Shown one piece after another: positions 1-11,943 of a DNA stretch of 64,000 nucleotides. The notes beneath the pieces were generated by a model. The model did not search any database. It worked only from the letters and a program-made list of their open reading frames with translations, and was not told where the DNA came from. This DNA comes from Octopus vulgaris (taxonomy: Eukaryota): contig OX597817.1 in the NCBI GenBank assembly GCA_951406725.2, positions 98,022,001-98,086,000 of the forward strand, read 5' to 3'. A program made the translations under genes and the position numbers. The first letter of the stretch is position 1. The number at the start of each line of letters is the position of its first letter.

Positions 1-578
1 TCTCTCATCGAAGACGATGAATGAGGGTTCAGTAAATAACCTTCAACAATTCCTAAGCCTTGTGACACCGCATGTGTACCTTAAAAAAAAAAAAAAGCAC
101 ACATCGATGCGCCAAACCTCAGGTGTTATTGAGTGAAAATGGTTTACTTAACAACCGGCACTTTGACTTGTTTAAAGTGGTCATTGCTTGTGCTGAACAA
201 AGCACACTCTTTCCATCGAATTAACATGGTCTGTACAGGTGCACGGTGTGCCACACATCAGATGATAAAACGATCGCAGGATTTTCTTGTAAGAGTGTTT
301 CGTCTCCTAGATCAGTTGTGAGAGTCAACACTAAAGGGTCTGATCCACACTGGTAGGCTTTCTGCACACCTGGGCACCATACCAGGTATTTCTAATTACA
401 AAAAATCAATTTCTCGATCTGCCGTTCAAAGGGTAAAGATCCAAATTTCATATTAATTGTTCCAAACACCAGCTTAATAATGACAAAGTTATTCTACTAA
501 ATTCTTCATTTTCAAGATTGAGTGAAACAGAAGGTAATGTATTTAACTATGGTAACTAATGCATTAAACATTCATTAA

Positions 579-1551
579 CCCTTTCGTTACCAAACCGCCC
601 AAAGCCGCCCGAAAAAAATTTTGGTTAATGTGACCAAACCGCCCAAAGCCGCCCGAATTTACTTATTCATATTTAAATGAGAATATCAGAGCAAATCTCT
701 TTAGTACATTCGTGAAAACACGTATTATACTTCGTAAACAGTTCAACTACAGTTTTGTACAATAATCGAAGTGTAATTTTAATTCCGTGAATTTTGGGAG
801 ATTTTTTTCCGAAATTTGTTCCTATTGTGTTTTCAAAATTTGTAATTCTGACAAAAAATGGATACGAATTTCATTATATCAAGCAGCGAGTCAGAATTCG
901 AAGGATTTTCTACTGAAGACCTTCATAAATCTAACTCTATGACTGAAAAAAAAAAGCACGTGGTATTTGATAATAAATCTGATGTTTCATTTTCCGAAAG
1001 TGAAAACAGTGAATCTGAGATCTCCGACAGCGATAAAGAAAATGAATTGGCACCTGAATGGAGTGAAAATTTAAAAACTGTTTCTTTCGGTGATTTTTCT
1101 GAAGAAACTGGACTATTTCTTTTTACTTTTTCAAATGAGCCTATTTGAAATCATTACGGCGGAAACGAACCGTTACGCTAAACATAAACTATTATTATGG
1201 GTATCAGAAAGTTACCCAGAATAACAAATTCTATCGTAAAATTTTGTTGTATACCCAATTGAATATTAGCTAATAACCCATAGCGATGTTTGAACAAAAT
1301 TTTAATAATTTTATATTTTGTTGAATTTACCTGTATCTACCTGCAATTAGAGTCACTTTGTGACAAAAATTATAGTATAGAATTGGTTGAGAATATTTCA
1401 TTAAATTATCTTCCAAAAATCAGATTAATATATTGATAAATAAAAAAAGTTATAGTTGTTTAATGAAACCAGACTAAATTTATGATTACGTTAGAAATTA
1501 ATTGAAACACATAAGGGGTGTATTTTGATCAGAAATATAGTAACGAAAGGG
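579..1551 (+). mobile_element. Internally deleted piggyBac-superfamily DNA transposon
   Basis: 12-bp TIRs CCCTTTCGTTAC (579-590) and GTAACGAAAGGG (1540-1551), each flanked by TTAA (575-578, 1552-1555). A subterminal direct repeat ACCAAACCGCCCAAAGCCGCCCGAA occurs twice. The acidic transposase N-terminus (ORF 858-1148) is followed by out-of-frame piggyBac motifs LFEIITAETNRYA and IIMGIRKLP. Confidence 0.9.
858..1220 (+). pseudogene. Truncated piggyBac transposase N-terminus
   Basis: ORF MDTNFIISSSESEFEGFS... is Ser/Glu/Asp-rich. ETNRYA and MGI.KLP remnants follow after frameshifts. The catalytic core is absent. Confidence 0.8.
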
Positions 1552-1559
1552 TTAATAAT

Positions 1560-2690
1560 TTACAATCAAACTCACAATCAACAGTTCAAAGTCTATCTTT
1601 CGTTCGATAATCCACAGACCAGTTACTTTCCATCCAACAGTTCAGTATAACTACCTTACAATGAGCAGTTCAGAGTCTATCTTTCCTTTTAACAGTTCAC
1701 AATTACACTTGTATTCAACCAATATTTCAGTCTAAGTGTCACACTCTAATGCTCTTTCAGCCAACAGTTCATTGTCTAACTCAAATTCAGCCAAAAGTTT
1801 ACAGTCTAATTCTTTTTCAACCAGCACTTCACAGTAAAATTTGTTTTTTAACTAACAGTTTATTAACTCATTTGACAAATAGTTCCCAATGTAAATTACT
1901 TTTAATCAATAGTTCACAGTCTAACTCCCTTCCACCCAACTGTTCAATGTAATTCCTTTTTAACCAATAGTCCACAGACTAATTCCTTTTCATGCTACAG
2001 TTCACTGTCTAACCTCCTTTCATGCAACAGTTTACAGTCTTATTCTCTTTCAACTAACACTTTACAGTCAAACTTTCTTTCCACCAATACACCAATGGTT
2101 CAGAGAACATGAACTTTTATCCAATGTTCTCACTCTTTCAACCAACAGTTCACATTCTAATTCCCTCTCATCCAATACTTCACAGCCTAACTCAGTTTCA
2201 ACTAACAGTTTATAATGAACTGTTTAGAGTCTTTCTGTGAATAAACAGTTCACAATGACACTCACTTTCAACCAACAAGTTGCAACCTAAAAGCTCTTTC
2301 AACTAACAGTTCATTGTGTAGCACAAACTGAACCAAAAGTTCACAGCCTAACTCACTTTCATCCAATAGTTCACAGACTAATTCCTTTTCAACCAACAGT
2401 TCATAATTTAAATCTTTTTTAACTAACAGTTCAAAGTCATACTCTCTTCCACAGTTTAACTCCCTTTTACCCAACATTTCAATCTAATTCATTCTCAATC
2501 AACATTTTACAGTCTAATTCTTTTTCAATCAACTGTTAACAGTTTAGCTTTTTTAATTTTTTCCAGTCAATAGTTCAACTCTAGTCCTTTTGATCAACAG
2601 TTCCCAAACTAACTTTCAAGAAGTAGCTGAACACTTTTATTCTATTACAATGAAGTGCCTAGCAGTCTAACTCCTATTTCAACCAACTGT
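1560..2690. repeat. Degenerate ~30-bp minisatellite (consensus ~AACAGTTCACAGTCTAACTCCTTTTCAACC)
   Basis: An AACAGTTCACAGTCTAA core recurs at ~30-nt period for over 1 kb. The minus-strand ORF 2268-2477 shows a 10-aa period (ELLVEKELVC). Confidence 0.85.
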
Positions 2691-3466
2691 GATCTTAAAT
2701 ATAAGTTAGACAGTTTTTTTTTTAATTTAAATTGCACACATTACTGGATCAACTGTATTTTACATCATGATACAACTCCCCAAATCACAACCACATAGAC
2801 TACAAAATGATATACAAATTGATTGACTCTGGGATAACAATATTCTGTCAGTGACAAGAATTGAAATCACAATTTTTGAGTTAAAAATGTGTAAAATTCT
2901 ATTCATTGAGTGAATAGGAAGGAATCAGTTACATTGGTAATAAGATGATTGATCTTATTGTAAAACACACAGGAAGGATTCTAAAATACTTTTGAATGAT
3001 AACTCTTTGGCTATATACATTACATGGGTTCTCCTGACTCATTATTATACAGACAAAATGGTTCATACAATGCTTTGGAACAATATAATGCAGGGGGCTA
3101 TGTGGGAGCTTCTACACTGTCAATTGACTTGCTACAAATAGTGGGAAAATCACTTTCAAATCATACCCTACTGAAAAAAAAAAAAAAGGAAGGAGACAAT
3201 GGATAGTGTAGTTTTAGATATACTGTCTGAATAAAAGATGGACAATGACAGCTGGAATGTCTTGATCAGGACTGACCTGGCTTTAAACAAACAGCTATTA
3301 ATAAACTCAATACAATGCTTTCATTAATATGTCCCCTTTAAGCTACCACATCTTCACTTTCAGTTGGGGTAACACTCATTTGTGATAATGACTAATAAAG
3401 ACCAATTACAAAGGTCAAATCAGAACATTAGCATATCATTATTACAAATAGAAGAAAAGAAGTTAC

Positions 3467-3551
3467 CTGTGAACTGACAACCTTCCTCTGTAAGGATTTC
3501 AACTTTAAACAATTACGTTTTTCATCTTCAAGGCCCTGCTTAGTAGAAGAA
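3467..3551 (-). CDS. RBBP8: Host gene exon (85 nt, phase 2 to 0): SSTKQGLEDEKRNCLKLKSLQRKVVSSQ
   Basis: Acceptor ttttttctattgtcttcttcag and donor CAG|GTAACT. The frame is open and phase-compatible with exon 5751-5793. The gene identity is inferred from the upstream exons. Confidence 0.6.
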
Positions 3552-3719
3552 CTGAAGAAGACAATAGAAAAAAGAATGAACAAAATTTCAAATTTAGCGA
3601 GGTAGTTAACATAAAATGATTCTAAACCAACACTTTTGTACAAGCCAACAGGGAACCTCTACAAGGTTACTAAACCTACTAGAAATAGAAATCAAATCTC
3701 CCTCAAGAAGTGAAGTAGT

Positions 3720-4385
3720 ATTACAGGCAAGATAACTGAGAAGGTAGACATTATATGCAGCAGACATATAAGGAAGGCCAACAAGCGCTAAGAGCTTGTG
3801 GGAAATAGATTATTTCAAATACCTAGACAACGCCCAAAACATCAAAGCTTTTGCTACCTAGATGATTCAATTAGCAGTGGTGGGAGGTGTTCTGAAAGTC
3901 AGAGTAAGGACAAGTTGGCAAAAATTCAAGAAGATATTATTTCTGATGGCACCACAATGCTTGTCTTTTCAGAATGAAGGGGGGATTGTATGATGCTTGT
4001 ATGCAAAATGAGAGTCTAGGGTGCCAAAGATTTGTGAAAGAAATGAAGTAAGAATGCTTTGCTGGAAATAGGTACAAATAAGATACAAAATGAGCTGAGA
4101 GAAATATTGGACATAACAGGAACCAGACAGTGTTCAAGAGAGAAGACAGTGCAGGTTTGTGCATGGGCTGTGTATGGAGGTTGATAGCTGTATAAAGAAG
4201 TGCTGAGTACTCAAGTAAAAGCACTTGTGGAAGTGGGAGACCCATGAGGACATGGCAAAAATGGTGAAGACTCATCTGAAATTGTTGCATCTCAGAAAGA
4301 AATAACGAAGGACCATAGTGATTAGTTATAAATAGTGCTGGAGAAGACCAGCTATACTGGCTTGGAAAAACATACATTAAAACAG
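3720..4385 (+). mobile_element. Highly decayed RTE LINE 3' fragment
   Basis: Remnants match the younger RTE copies in the window (TACCTAGATGA..ATTAGCAGTGG, TGTATGATGCTTGT, ACTTGTGGAAGTGGGAGACCC). Confidence 0.6.
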
Positions 4386-5750
4386 AGAAGAGGTGCAGTG
4401 AGAAAAGCTGGGATATATGTCTACAGTTAGGCCTTCTAATTATTTGTATCTAAGTTACCAGATGCTAACACCCTTGTCAATATCTATATTCTTTAAACTC
4501 TCTATCAGATTTTCTCCTATTCAATGTACATTGCCACCTGTGAGATGAAAGAAAACATTGGATCTGTTCATACCCAATCCCTTCCCTCTACAACCAGTTT
4601 CTTGATATGACCCTCCTTCCAAATCACAATGCTTGTGTTAGAAGGGATTGCAGTGGATCTTTTGATACTTGATATACTCCTCTTACTCCATGTACTGTTT
4701 CTCAACACACCCTCTACCTTTACTGACGTCCATCCTCTCTACCTAACATTACTCTTCTGTGCTGTTAAATGCCTCTCCCATGTCCTTTGGTCACTGTTTA
4801 TTGGCGTCTATCACATGATCTCCCTCTCTCTCTATCTCTCTCACACACACACACCAGCAGACATGTAGCTGCTTTAGTGTCTCTCTTTTACCATATGATA
4901 CCTGAGTAATGTGAGTTACATCAGATTTCTCCCACTAACAAATATGATGTTCACTAACAATCCCTTTCCCTTATGTCACCCCTTTATTGATATTCCTTAC
5001 TCTCTTTACACTTCTATACTGCTAACAGCTATTTTCTCATCTTCAGGTCGCTTATTTCTGACATCTATTACACTCTTACCACTACTAGCCATCATCTGTT
5101 TTCTCTCACACCACCTTCTACAATTACAGTCACTCAGTACATCTTGTCACCATTGTCTCACTGCTGTTACTGTACCTCTTCATCACTCCTATCACTGATT
5201 CACCCATTTCTCCTTTAAAACACAGCAACTTCTCTAGTACTGGTGCCATGATAAACTGCAAAAAATACACTCAATGAACAGGGGGCGCATATTCCAAGTG
5301 TGCTAGCTGTGCACCCATTGAAAATGCCAAATTCATTATAAATATAAACCTTACTCATAATTTTCTATCACAAATGTTAATGGAAAACTTTTGTTATATC
5401 CCTGCTTGAAATTTGGTAGCTCTGGGTGTAGCAGCACACCCAATACAACCACCACCATATGCCACTGTTAGCGAAGTGGTTGCTATAAGGAAACTATGCC
5501 AAAAGAAAATATACAAGGCATAGTCTCTGACTTGTTTCAGACCATTACAACCTATTTTACTTATGCTAGCATAAAATGAAGAGTACTAGATGCTGGAAAA
5601 AACAGAAAAAAAAAAAAAAAACAGGGTGTTCACTGCTTTGATCAGGATTGAACTAAAACAACTACCTGTACTGGCTCTACTTTTACCACCACCACTATTA
5701 GAAGTATTGTTCAGAAGTTTCCATAATATACCGAAATAAAGTTGACTTAC

Positions 5751-5793
5751 CTGTCAAAAGACTGGTCCCTACAAGTTGCAGCCAATTGGTTAT
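5751..5793 (-). CDS. RBBP8: Host gene exon (43 nt, phase 1 to 2): (N)NQLAATCRDQSFD(S)
   Basis: Acceptor tactgttattttggcag and strong donor CAG|GTAAGT. Phases match both neighbouring exons. Confidence 0.6.
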
Positions 5794-6525
5794 CTGCCAA
5801 AATAACAGTATAAAATAACTTAATAAACCACTATGAGTAGAACAACTTTAACAGAGTAGACTATAATTTTCCATGATTGGATACATTAACTATAGGTGCA
5901 AGAGTGGAGAAAGCTACACTATATACATCACTTTATAAGTAAGTCTTCAACATTTAGAACCAATGTGTCCAATATGAATGAACTTTCTCTCTCCTGCTCC
6001 CTCACATATAGGTATGGCTATGTGATTAGGAAATCTGCTTCACAATCACACAACATCTTAGGTGAGTCTTTCTACTTTAGCTTCAGGTTGACCAATGTTT
6101 CATGAGTGAAATTTGGTAGATGGAAACTGAACAGAAGCCTGACAATGTGTGTGTGTTAAATTGATACCATTTTAAAGCACATTTTTAGAATAAAATAACT
6201 GTAAAGCATACATTTTAAATATAGTTCATAATTCAACAGCTCGTTCATTAGTAAATAAATGCTATTACTTATATAATTAATTAAGATATATAATTTAAAT
6301 TAATTTAAAAGTGATGTTTACCGAAATCATCTGGAGAAAATGTTAATCAAGAAACCATAACTGATTTAAATACAAACAAGACAGAGAAAAAGCAATAAGG
6401 ACAAGGGAAAGAAATATATATAGAAACCTACAAACATATATATATATATGTGTACATAAAAGTAAGCACACACACACTTAATAGAGTATATTGATATCAG
6501 TACATATTCCAATGAATGCTCACAT

Positions 6526-7624
6526 GCTTTGGTCTTTGCTACATTGACTCTAAGGCCCTTCGATTCTAATCCTTGCTTCCACACCTGAAATTTTTTCTCT
6601 AGTTCCAGTAGTGATTCTGCTATGAGGCCAGGTCATCAGCATAGAGGAGCTCCCAGGGGCAACCTATCTTGAATTCCTCTGTTATTGCCTGGAGGACTAT
6701 GATGAATAAAAGGGGACTGAGGGCTGATCCTTGGTGAACCCCTACTTCTACCAGGAATTCTTCACTATACTCATTGCCAACCCTAACCTTACTAACAGCA
6801 TCTCTGTATAGGGCCTGTACAGCCCTTATTAACCATTTGTCAATCCCCAGTTTCTGCATCACCCACCAGATAAGAGATCGGGGGACCCTGTTAAAGGCTT
6901 TCTCCAAGTCCACAAAAGCCAAGTATAGGACGTTATCTTTGGCTAGGTATTTCTCCTGCAGTTACCGCACCAGGAATTGTGCTTCTACCTGGCACAAAAC
7001 CGAACTGCATCTCATCTAAGCAGACTCTCTTCCTAATGAGATGGACTATGACCCTCTCCATGACCTTCATCACCTGATCCAATGGTTTGATAACTCTGTA
7101 GTTATTTCTATGTAAAGCATCACCTTTACCCTATGGTGCTGCTATGATAGTCATTGAGTATGACTCCATCATGAACTAGTATGTGGGTGACTAGGCCATA
7201 GCCCACACCACTAGATGTTTTAAGCATCTCAGCAGTGATTCCTGATGGGCCGGGGGGCTTTTCGTGGCTTCATACCTTTAATTGCTTTATCTACCAGGGT
7301 GCCATCTATTTGGATAGCTCATACCTCTACTGGGTCGATATTTGGCAGGCTCTCCTCCTCCCATTCATTCTCCACATTCAATAGTCTTTCATAATGGCTT
7401 CTCCAAATCATTAAAAGCAAGTGCACCATCATCCATGCAGATACATTTCTGTCCCGTGACATCACAATTTTCTCTCACACACTGTCTTGCAATCTGAAAT
7501 ACTTCAGTTCTTTGGTCCTCATGTCGCTGACATTGGCAAACTTCTTCTTTTCTGCTTCTCCCTTGGCTATGCATACCTGTCGCCCAGCGTCCCTTCTGGC
7601 TATCTGGTACAGTTCCCTACTACT
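6526..7624 (-). mobile_element. RTE LINE internal fragment (RT region)
   Basis: ORF 6620-6922 contains AFVDLEKAFNRVPR, GVHQGSALSPLLF and LLYADDL. Confidence 0.9.
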
Positions 7625-7689
7625 ATTGGTTTGATGTGTAAATGTACATAAATGCACATACACACAACTATAAATATGCATACAAATAC

Positions 7690-8760
7690 ATTGGTTAGTT
7701 GAAGAGTCCATTTGGTTTTTGTCAACACTAAACTTCAAGCATTCTAATAAATAGCTAAGTTCAGTCTGTCCCTTGCACATGTGTATTCATTAGGTACTTG
7801 ACACTTCAGCACAGTTCAATGTGAACTTGCAACAAGGCAGGTTGTATTTTGTGTGCTTGGGATCACCCTGAAAACAAAGAACCAAAATGAAAATTATTGA
7901 CCTCATATTTCTCTATTTTGAAAAACGCAAGAAAGCAGTGGAAACCTGCAGGAAGATACATGCTATGTACAAGAAAGGATGCTGTTACAGAATGTGTGCA
8001 GCAGTGGTTTATAAAATTTCAATCAAGATATTTTTCAGTTCAAGATGCACCTTGCTGTGGCTGGCCAGCTGAGATTAACAGCAACAAAATGGAGTTAGTC
8101 AACACCAACTCCTGTTATACAACTAGGATGATCACAGATATCCTCCAAATATCCAAATCAAATATTGAAAATCATCTGCATCAACTTGGTTACATCAGCA
8201 AGCTCGATGTTTAGATCCCACATCAACTGAATGAGGTTAACTTTACTCAATGTAATTCATTGCAGAGACATGAAGAAAACCATTTTTGAAGAAATGATAA
8301 CAGGAGACAAAAAATGGAACATCTATAACAATGAGAAGTGCAAACAATCAGAGGGGGAGTGCAGTAAACCACTACAAACAACCTCCAAAGCAGAACTCTA
8401 CCCAAAGAAGGATATGCTTTCGTGGGATTTAAGAACTTCTCATGGAGAGGACCATGAGTTCAGATGTGTAGTGATCAGCTGGATGATTAAATGCAGTGGT
8501 CTATCAGAAGTGTTCAGCACTTGCTAATCATAAGGGCATCATCTTCCATTACAATATTGTGAGACTGCACACTTCTTTACAAATATAGTAGAAGTTACTG
8601 GGGCTTTGGCTGGAATGTTTTTGTCACAATCTCCATACTTGCCCAACTTTGCACCTTCGGATTTACACCTGTGTCTGACTTTTCAAAATTCATTAAATGA
8701 ATAACCCTTAACTCTGAAGAGGATGTAAAAATTCATCTCAAAGACTTTTTGCCAGTAAAG
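7690..8760 (+). mobile_element. Decayed mariner (Tc1/mariner) transposon
   Basis: Fragments across frames: QQWFIKFQS..FSVQDAP..GWP (HTH region), ITGDKKWNIYNN (ITGDEKW motif) and PYLPNFAPSDLHL (YSPDLAPSDY motif). Many frameshifts. Confidence 0.85.
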
Positions 8761-8814
8761 AATTCCCTGCCTATATTAGTTTTTATGGACATATTAAAAG
8801 CTGGGTTGAACCAC

Positions 8815-9450
8815 AAAACCCTCCTAGTTCTAGTTCTACATGTGGTATTACTGTTAATCTCCAAACATTTTCAACCTAACAATAAGTTTTACAGAATATT
8901 TAATAGAAGAACACTGAAGATTAGCTATTCTTGTTGTAAAAACTTCGCCTCTTTCATTAGCCAACACAACACTAAAATAATTACAAATAACCACAGTGCC
9001 GATTCTAATCCAAAGAATTGTAATTGCAAAGACGAGACCTCCTGTCTGGAGAAAAGGACTGTGTATAGGGCCAAAGTACAAATAGAAGGCTCACAAAAAT
9101 ATAAAACATACACAGGGGCTTCAGAAAATTGTTTCAAGACCTAATTTTTTTCCCATAGAAATTCCTTCCGGTACCCTGAAAATAGGACAAAGACCAGTCT
9201 GGCAAAACATGTCTGGGAATTGAAAGAAAATGAAAACCATCCTTTCAATGGAAAATCTTAGATAAAGCATTAGCTTACAGACATTGTGCTCATAAAAGAC
9301 CCATCAAATGTTATTTGTGCCTTTTGGAAAACTTTTTTATTTTATTCCAGGACAATAGTGCTTTGAATCAAGGACATGAACTCTTAAATTCCTGCAGGCA
9401 CGCAACAAAATTTAAAATATCAGCCGACAAAATATCATATGGATAGTATA
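8815..9450 (+). mobile_element. Penelope-like element 3' fragment (thumb/linker plus GIY-YIG endonuclease)
   Basis: ORF 8749-9144 contains IFNRRTLKISYSC..N, CNCKDETSC and VYRAKV...YTGASENCFK. It continues as SFRYPE..KTSLAKHVWELKE and CYLCLLE. Confidence 0.85.
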
Positions 9451-9767
9451 TATTTTTTTAATCTTGAACTGGTTTCCAATGCCACTGTTGAATTTGTATT
9501 TTGTAGTGTATGGTTGTTTCACATCGCAATGATATTGAATGTATTTTGATGTATACTTTAAGAAAGCCTTCGACTGTTATACATATTATTTTCAAGTTTA
9601 AGCTTTTATTATTTTATTGTATTTTACAAACCTATTGAATTGTTAAATTTATCTGATTTTTATTATTATACACACTGAGCAATTTTTTTAAAAAGTTGTT
9701 TGTATATATACGTTGGGATCTAGATGTGTTTTTATGTGGATATGTGTATTGTAGGCATGCATATGTA

Positions 9768-10064
9768 TTTTCAAACTTCCAATACTGGTAGAATATGTCA
9801 CATAGAACAGGGTTTATTCTTAACGTTTTAGACAAAATTTTGTATTTTAGAAGCTGTATTTCATCTGTCTTTACGTTCTGAGTTCAAATTCTGCCGAGGT
9901 CGAATTTGCCTTTCATCCATTTCGGATCTATTGAATTAGACATACAGATTATTTAATTAATTTCTTTTAACTAAACACTTTCAAACTACTGATACTGGTA
10001 GAATGTGTCACATAGAACAGGGTTTACTCGTAACGTTTATGACAAAATTTTGTATTTTAGAAGT
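9768..10064. repeat. Direct repeat of ~85 bp (about 9768-9853 and 9979-10064) flanking a SINE-tail remnant
   Basis: TTTCAAACT...ATACTGGTAGAAT.TGTCACATAGAACAGGGTTTA...GACAAAATTTTGTATTTTAGAAG is present twice. Confidence 0.7.
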
Positions 10065-11353
10065 TATTTTGTCAGAAGTTACAGATTGACAATGGACAAA
10101 TTCGTGTTTGATAAGTGCCAATACATGAAACTCTCAGCTTTTAACTTACTCTCTAACTTCTGCTGATGATATATATACATATTACATATATGTGTAAAAA
10201 AATCTCATCACACAATCAAACCAATGAAAGAGCCTCTACCTGGTTGCTCAACACACTAAAAATAGCAACCAAAGTATCCCCCTAACTAAATCGCATGACC
10301 ATTGTATGTAATGTCCTAGATTATCCCTAAAAAATGATTTGCTGAAGGCTGGAATGTCTTTGATGATACGTTTGCAAATAACACTATACTTATTTAAGTA
10401 GAATTTGGCTAATTTACTACCTTAAATACAGAAAAAATTGACTAATTAGACAAACTTACAAATAAGCTGAACAATTTTGTACAATAAATTTAAAAGATGA
10501 GAACTGCAAAGAGTGATAAATTAGAAGAATTGGCATTCTTTATTGCAATATTTTGAGTAAAAAGTTCCTTATTCTTTACTTTACTGGAAGTAATAGCTTG
10601 TCCTATACTTTTACAGGTGTAATAACTTGTCCTGTACTTTTCCAGGTTTATAATCTTAAGAATATGACTTTTCATGCTCACATTCTTCCATGTACTATAC
10701 TTACATACATATATATGTAACTTTATTCTATGTGTACTTTTGTTACACATATTTCCTGATCTATCTCTCTTTCTTTTCTTTTCTTATGCAAAGTATCTTT
10801 TCTCTTCCTACTTGATACTTTGCTAGCATCCTTAAACAATACAGTCCTTTTCTTTTTTTCCCTTTTTCTTTCTTTGTCTTTCTCTCGCTAGTTTTTATGT
10901 TTCTGTTCCTTTTTCTTAAACTGTCTTTTTTACTCTATCCATAAAAGATAGATTCTAGTTTCCATTAGACTTGATAAACTAGTCTATAAAATTAGAACCC
11001 CCCACCCCAGTAGTAAATCTAAATAAAGTAAAATCAATAAGCAGTGTCTTCCTGTGAAAAAAACATCAGCTACAACTATGATGTTGTTGATGAAACATGT
11101 CCTTTGCCTATCTACTTATCCTCTTTATGATTTGGGTTAATAGAATAACTATACAAATGAATCCTTTGAATTTAACTAAATTCTATATTTTTATGCAGCT
11201 GAAGGTGGTCTAGATTTTAAAACTGATGTAATATTTACATTGTTCAATTAAATGGAGTTGCATGAAACGATCATACTGCATTACCTCTGAATATCCTTGT
11301 TGCTTATTTTGAGTGTAATCACCCCATTTTATATTATATGGATAATACCACAC

Positions 11354-11602
11354 TGTTATGTGTAGTTTCAGTCTGGTGGGATAGACAACTTTATACGAAG
11401 CATAGTTATTCTTTTACGTGTTATTTACTTTTCCGTGTTAGACGAACTGCGCTACTTTCAGCGCAGCAACACCTATATATCGTTAGACACGGCATAGTAA
11501 TACTGTTTACTTTAAAACACAGTTCGTACTGTTCACTAACAAATAGCGCCAAAGTGGGGATGTATTCTACACACGTATACACATAGATATGAATGTGTAA
11601 CA
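11354..11602 (-). repeat. 3' LTR of Gypsy provirus
   Basis: TGTTATG...TGTAACA, near-identical to 16588-16836. Confidence 0.95.
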
Positions 11603-11943
11603 TTCATAAAGAAAAAAGGGATCTTTTGGCAGTGAAGACAATTATAGTAGTCTCCCTTACTCTAATGGATTGTCAGTGCGAGGTGGCAATCCTGCAGCAG
11701 AAACCGTGAGATTATTTTGCCTCTACTTTGTAATCTAGCAGAATTATTTACTCATCTTTTCTTTTCTTTTTTTTTTTGAAAAAACTTTATCATGTATAAA
11801 AAAGAGAAAATATTTACATTTTTTTTTTCAAAATATACCATCAGTTCAATTGCCTAAAAAAATTAATAAGGAAATGAAAACCAAATTGAGTATAATTAAA
11901 TTAATCATAGCAGTTTTTGAAAGTTCATGTATATTTTTTTTCT

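Noticed and set aside
1-440. ORF 133-321 and a possible transposon end near 430
   Set aside because: No recognisable motifs, and any partner end lies outside the window.
5279-5467. Possible hAT-like MITE (CAGGGGGCG...TGCCACTG)
   Set aside because: The TIR match is weak and no 8-bp TSD is present.
10400-11110. Lys/Arg-rich minus-strand reading and a degenerate CTGTGA...GAAACATGTC hammerhead-like string
   Set aside because: Frames are broken, the core and stem I are incomplete, and no splice-consistent exon was found.
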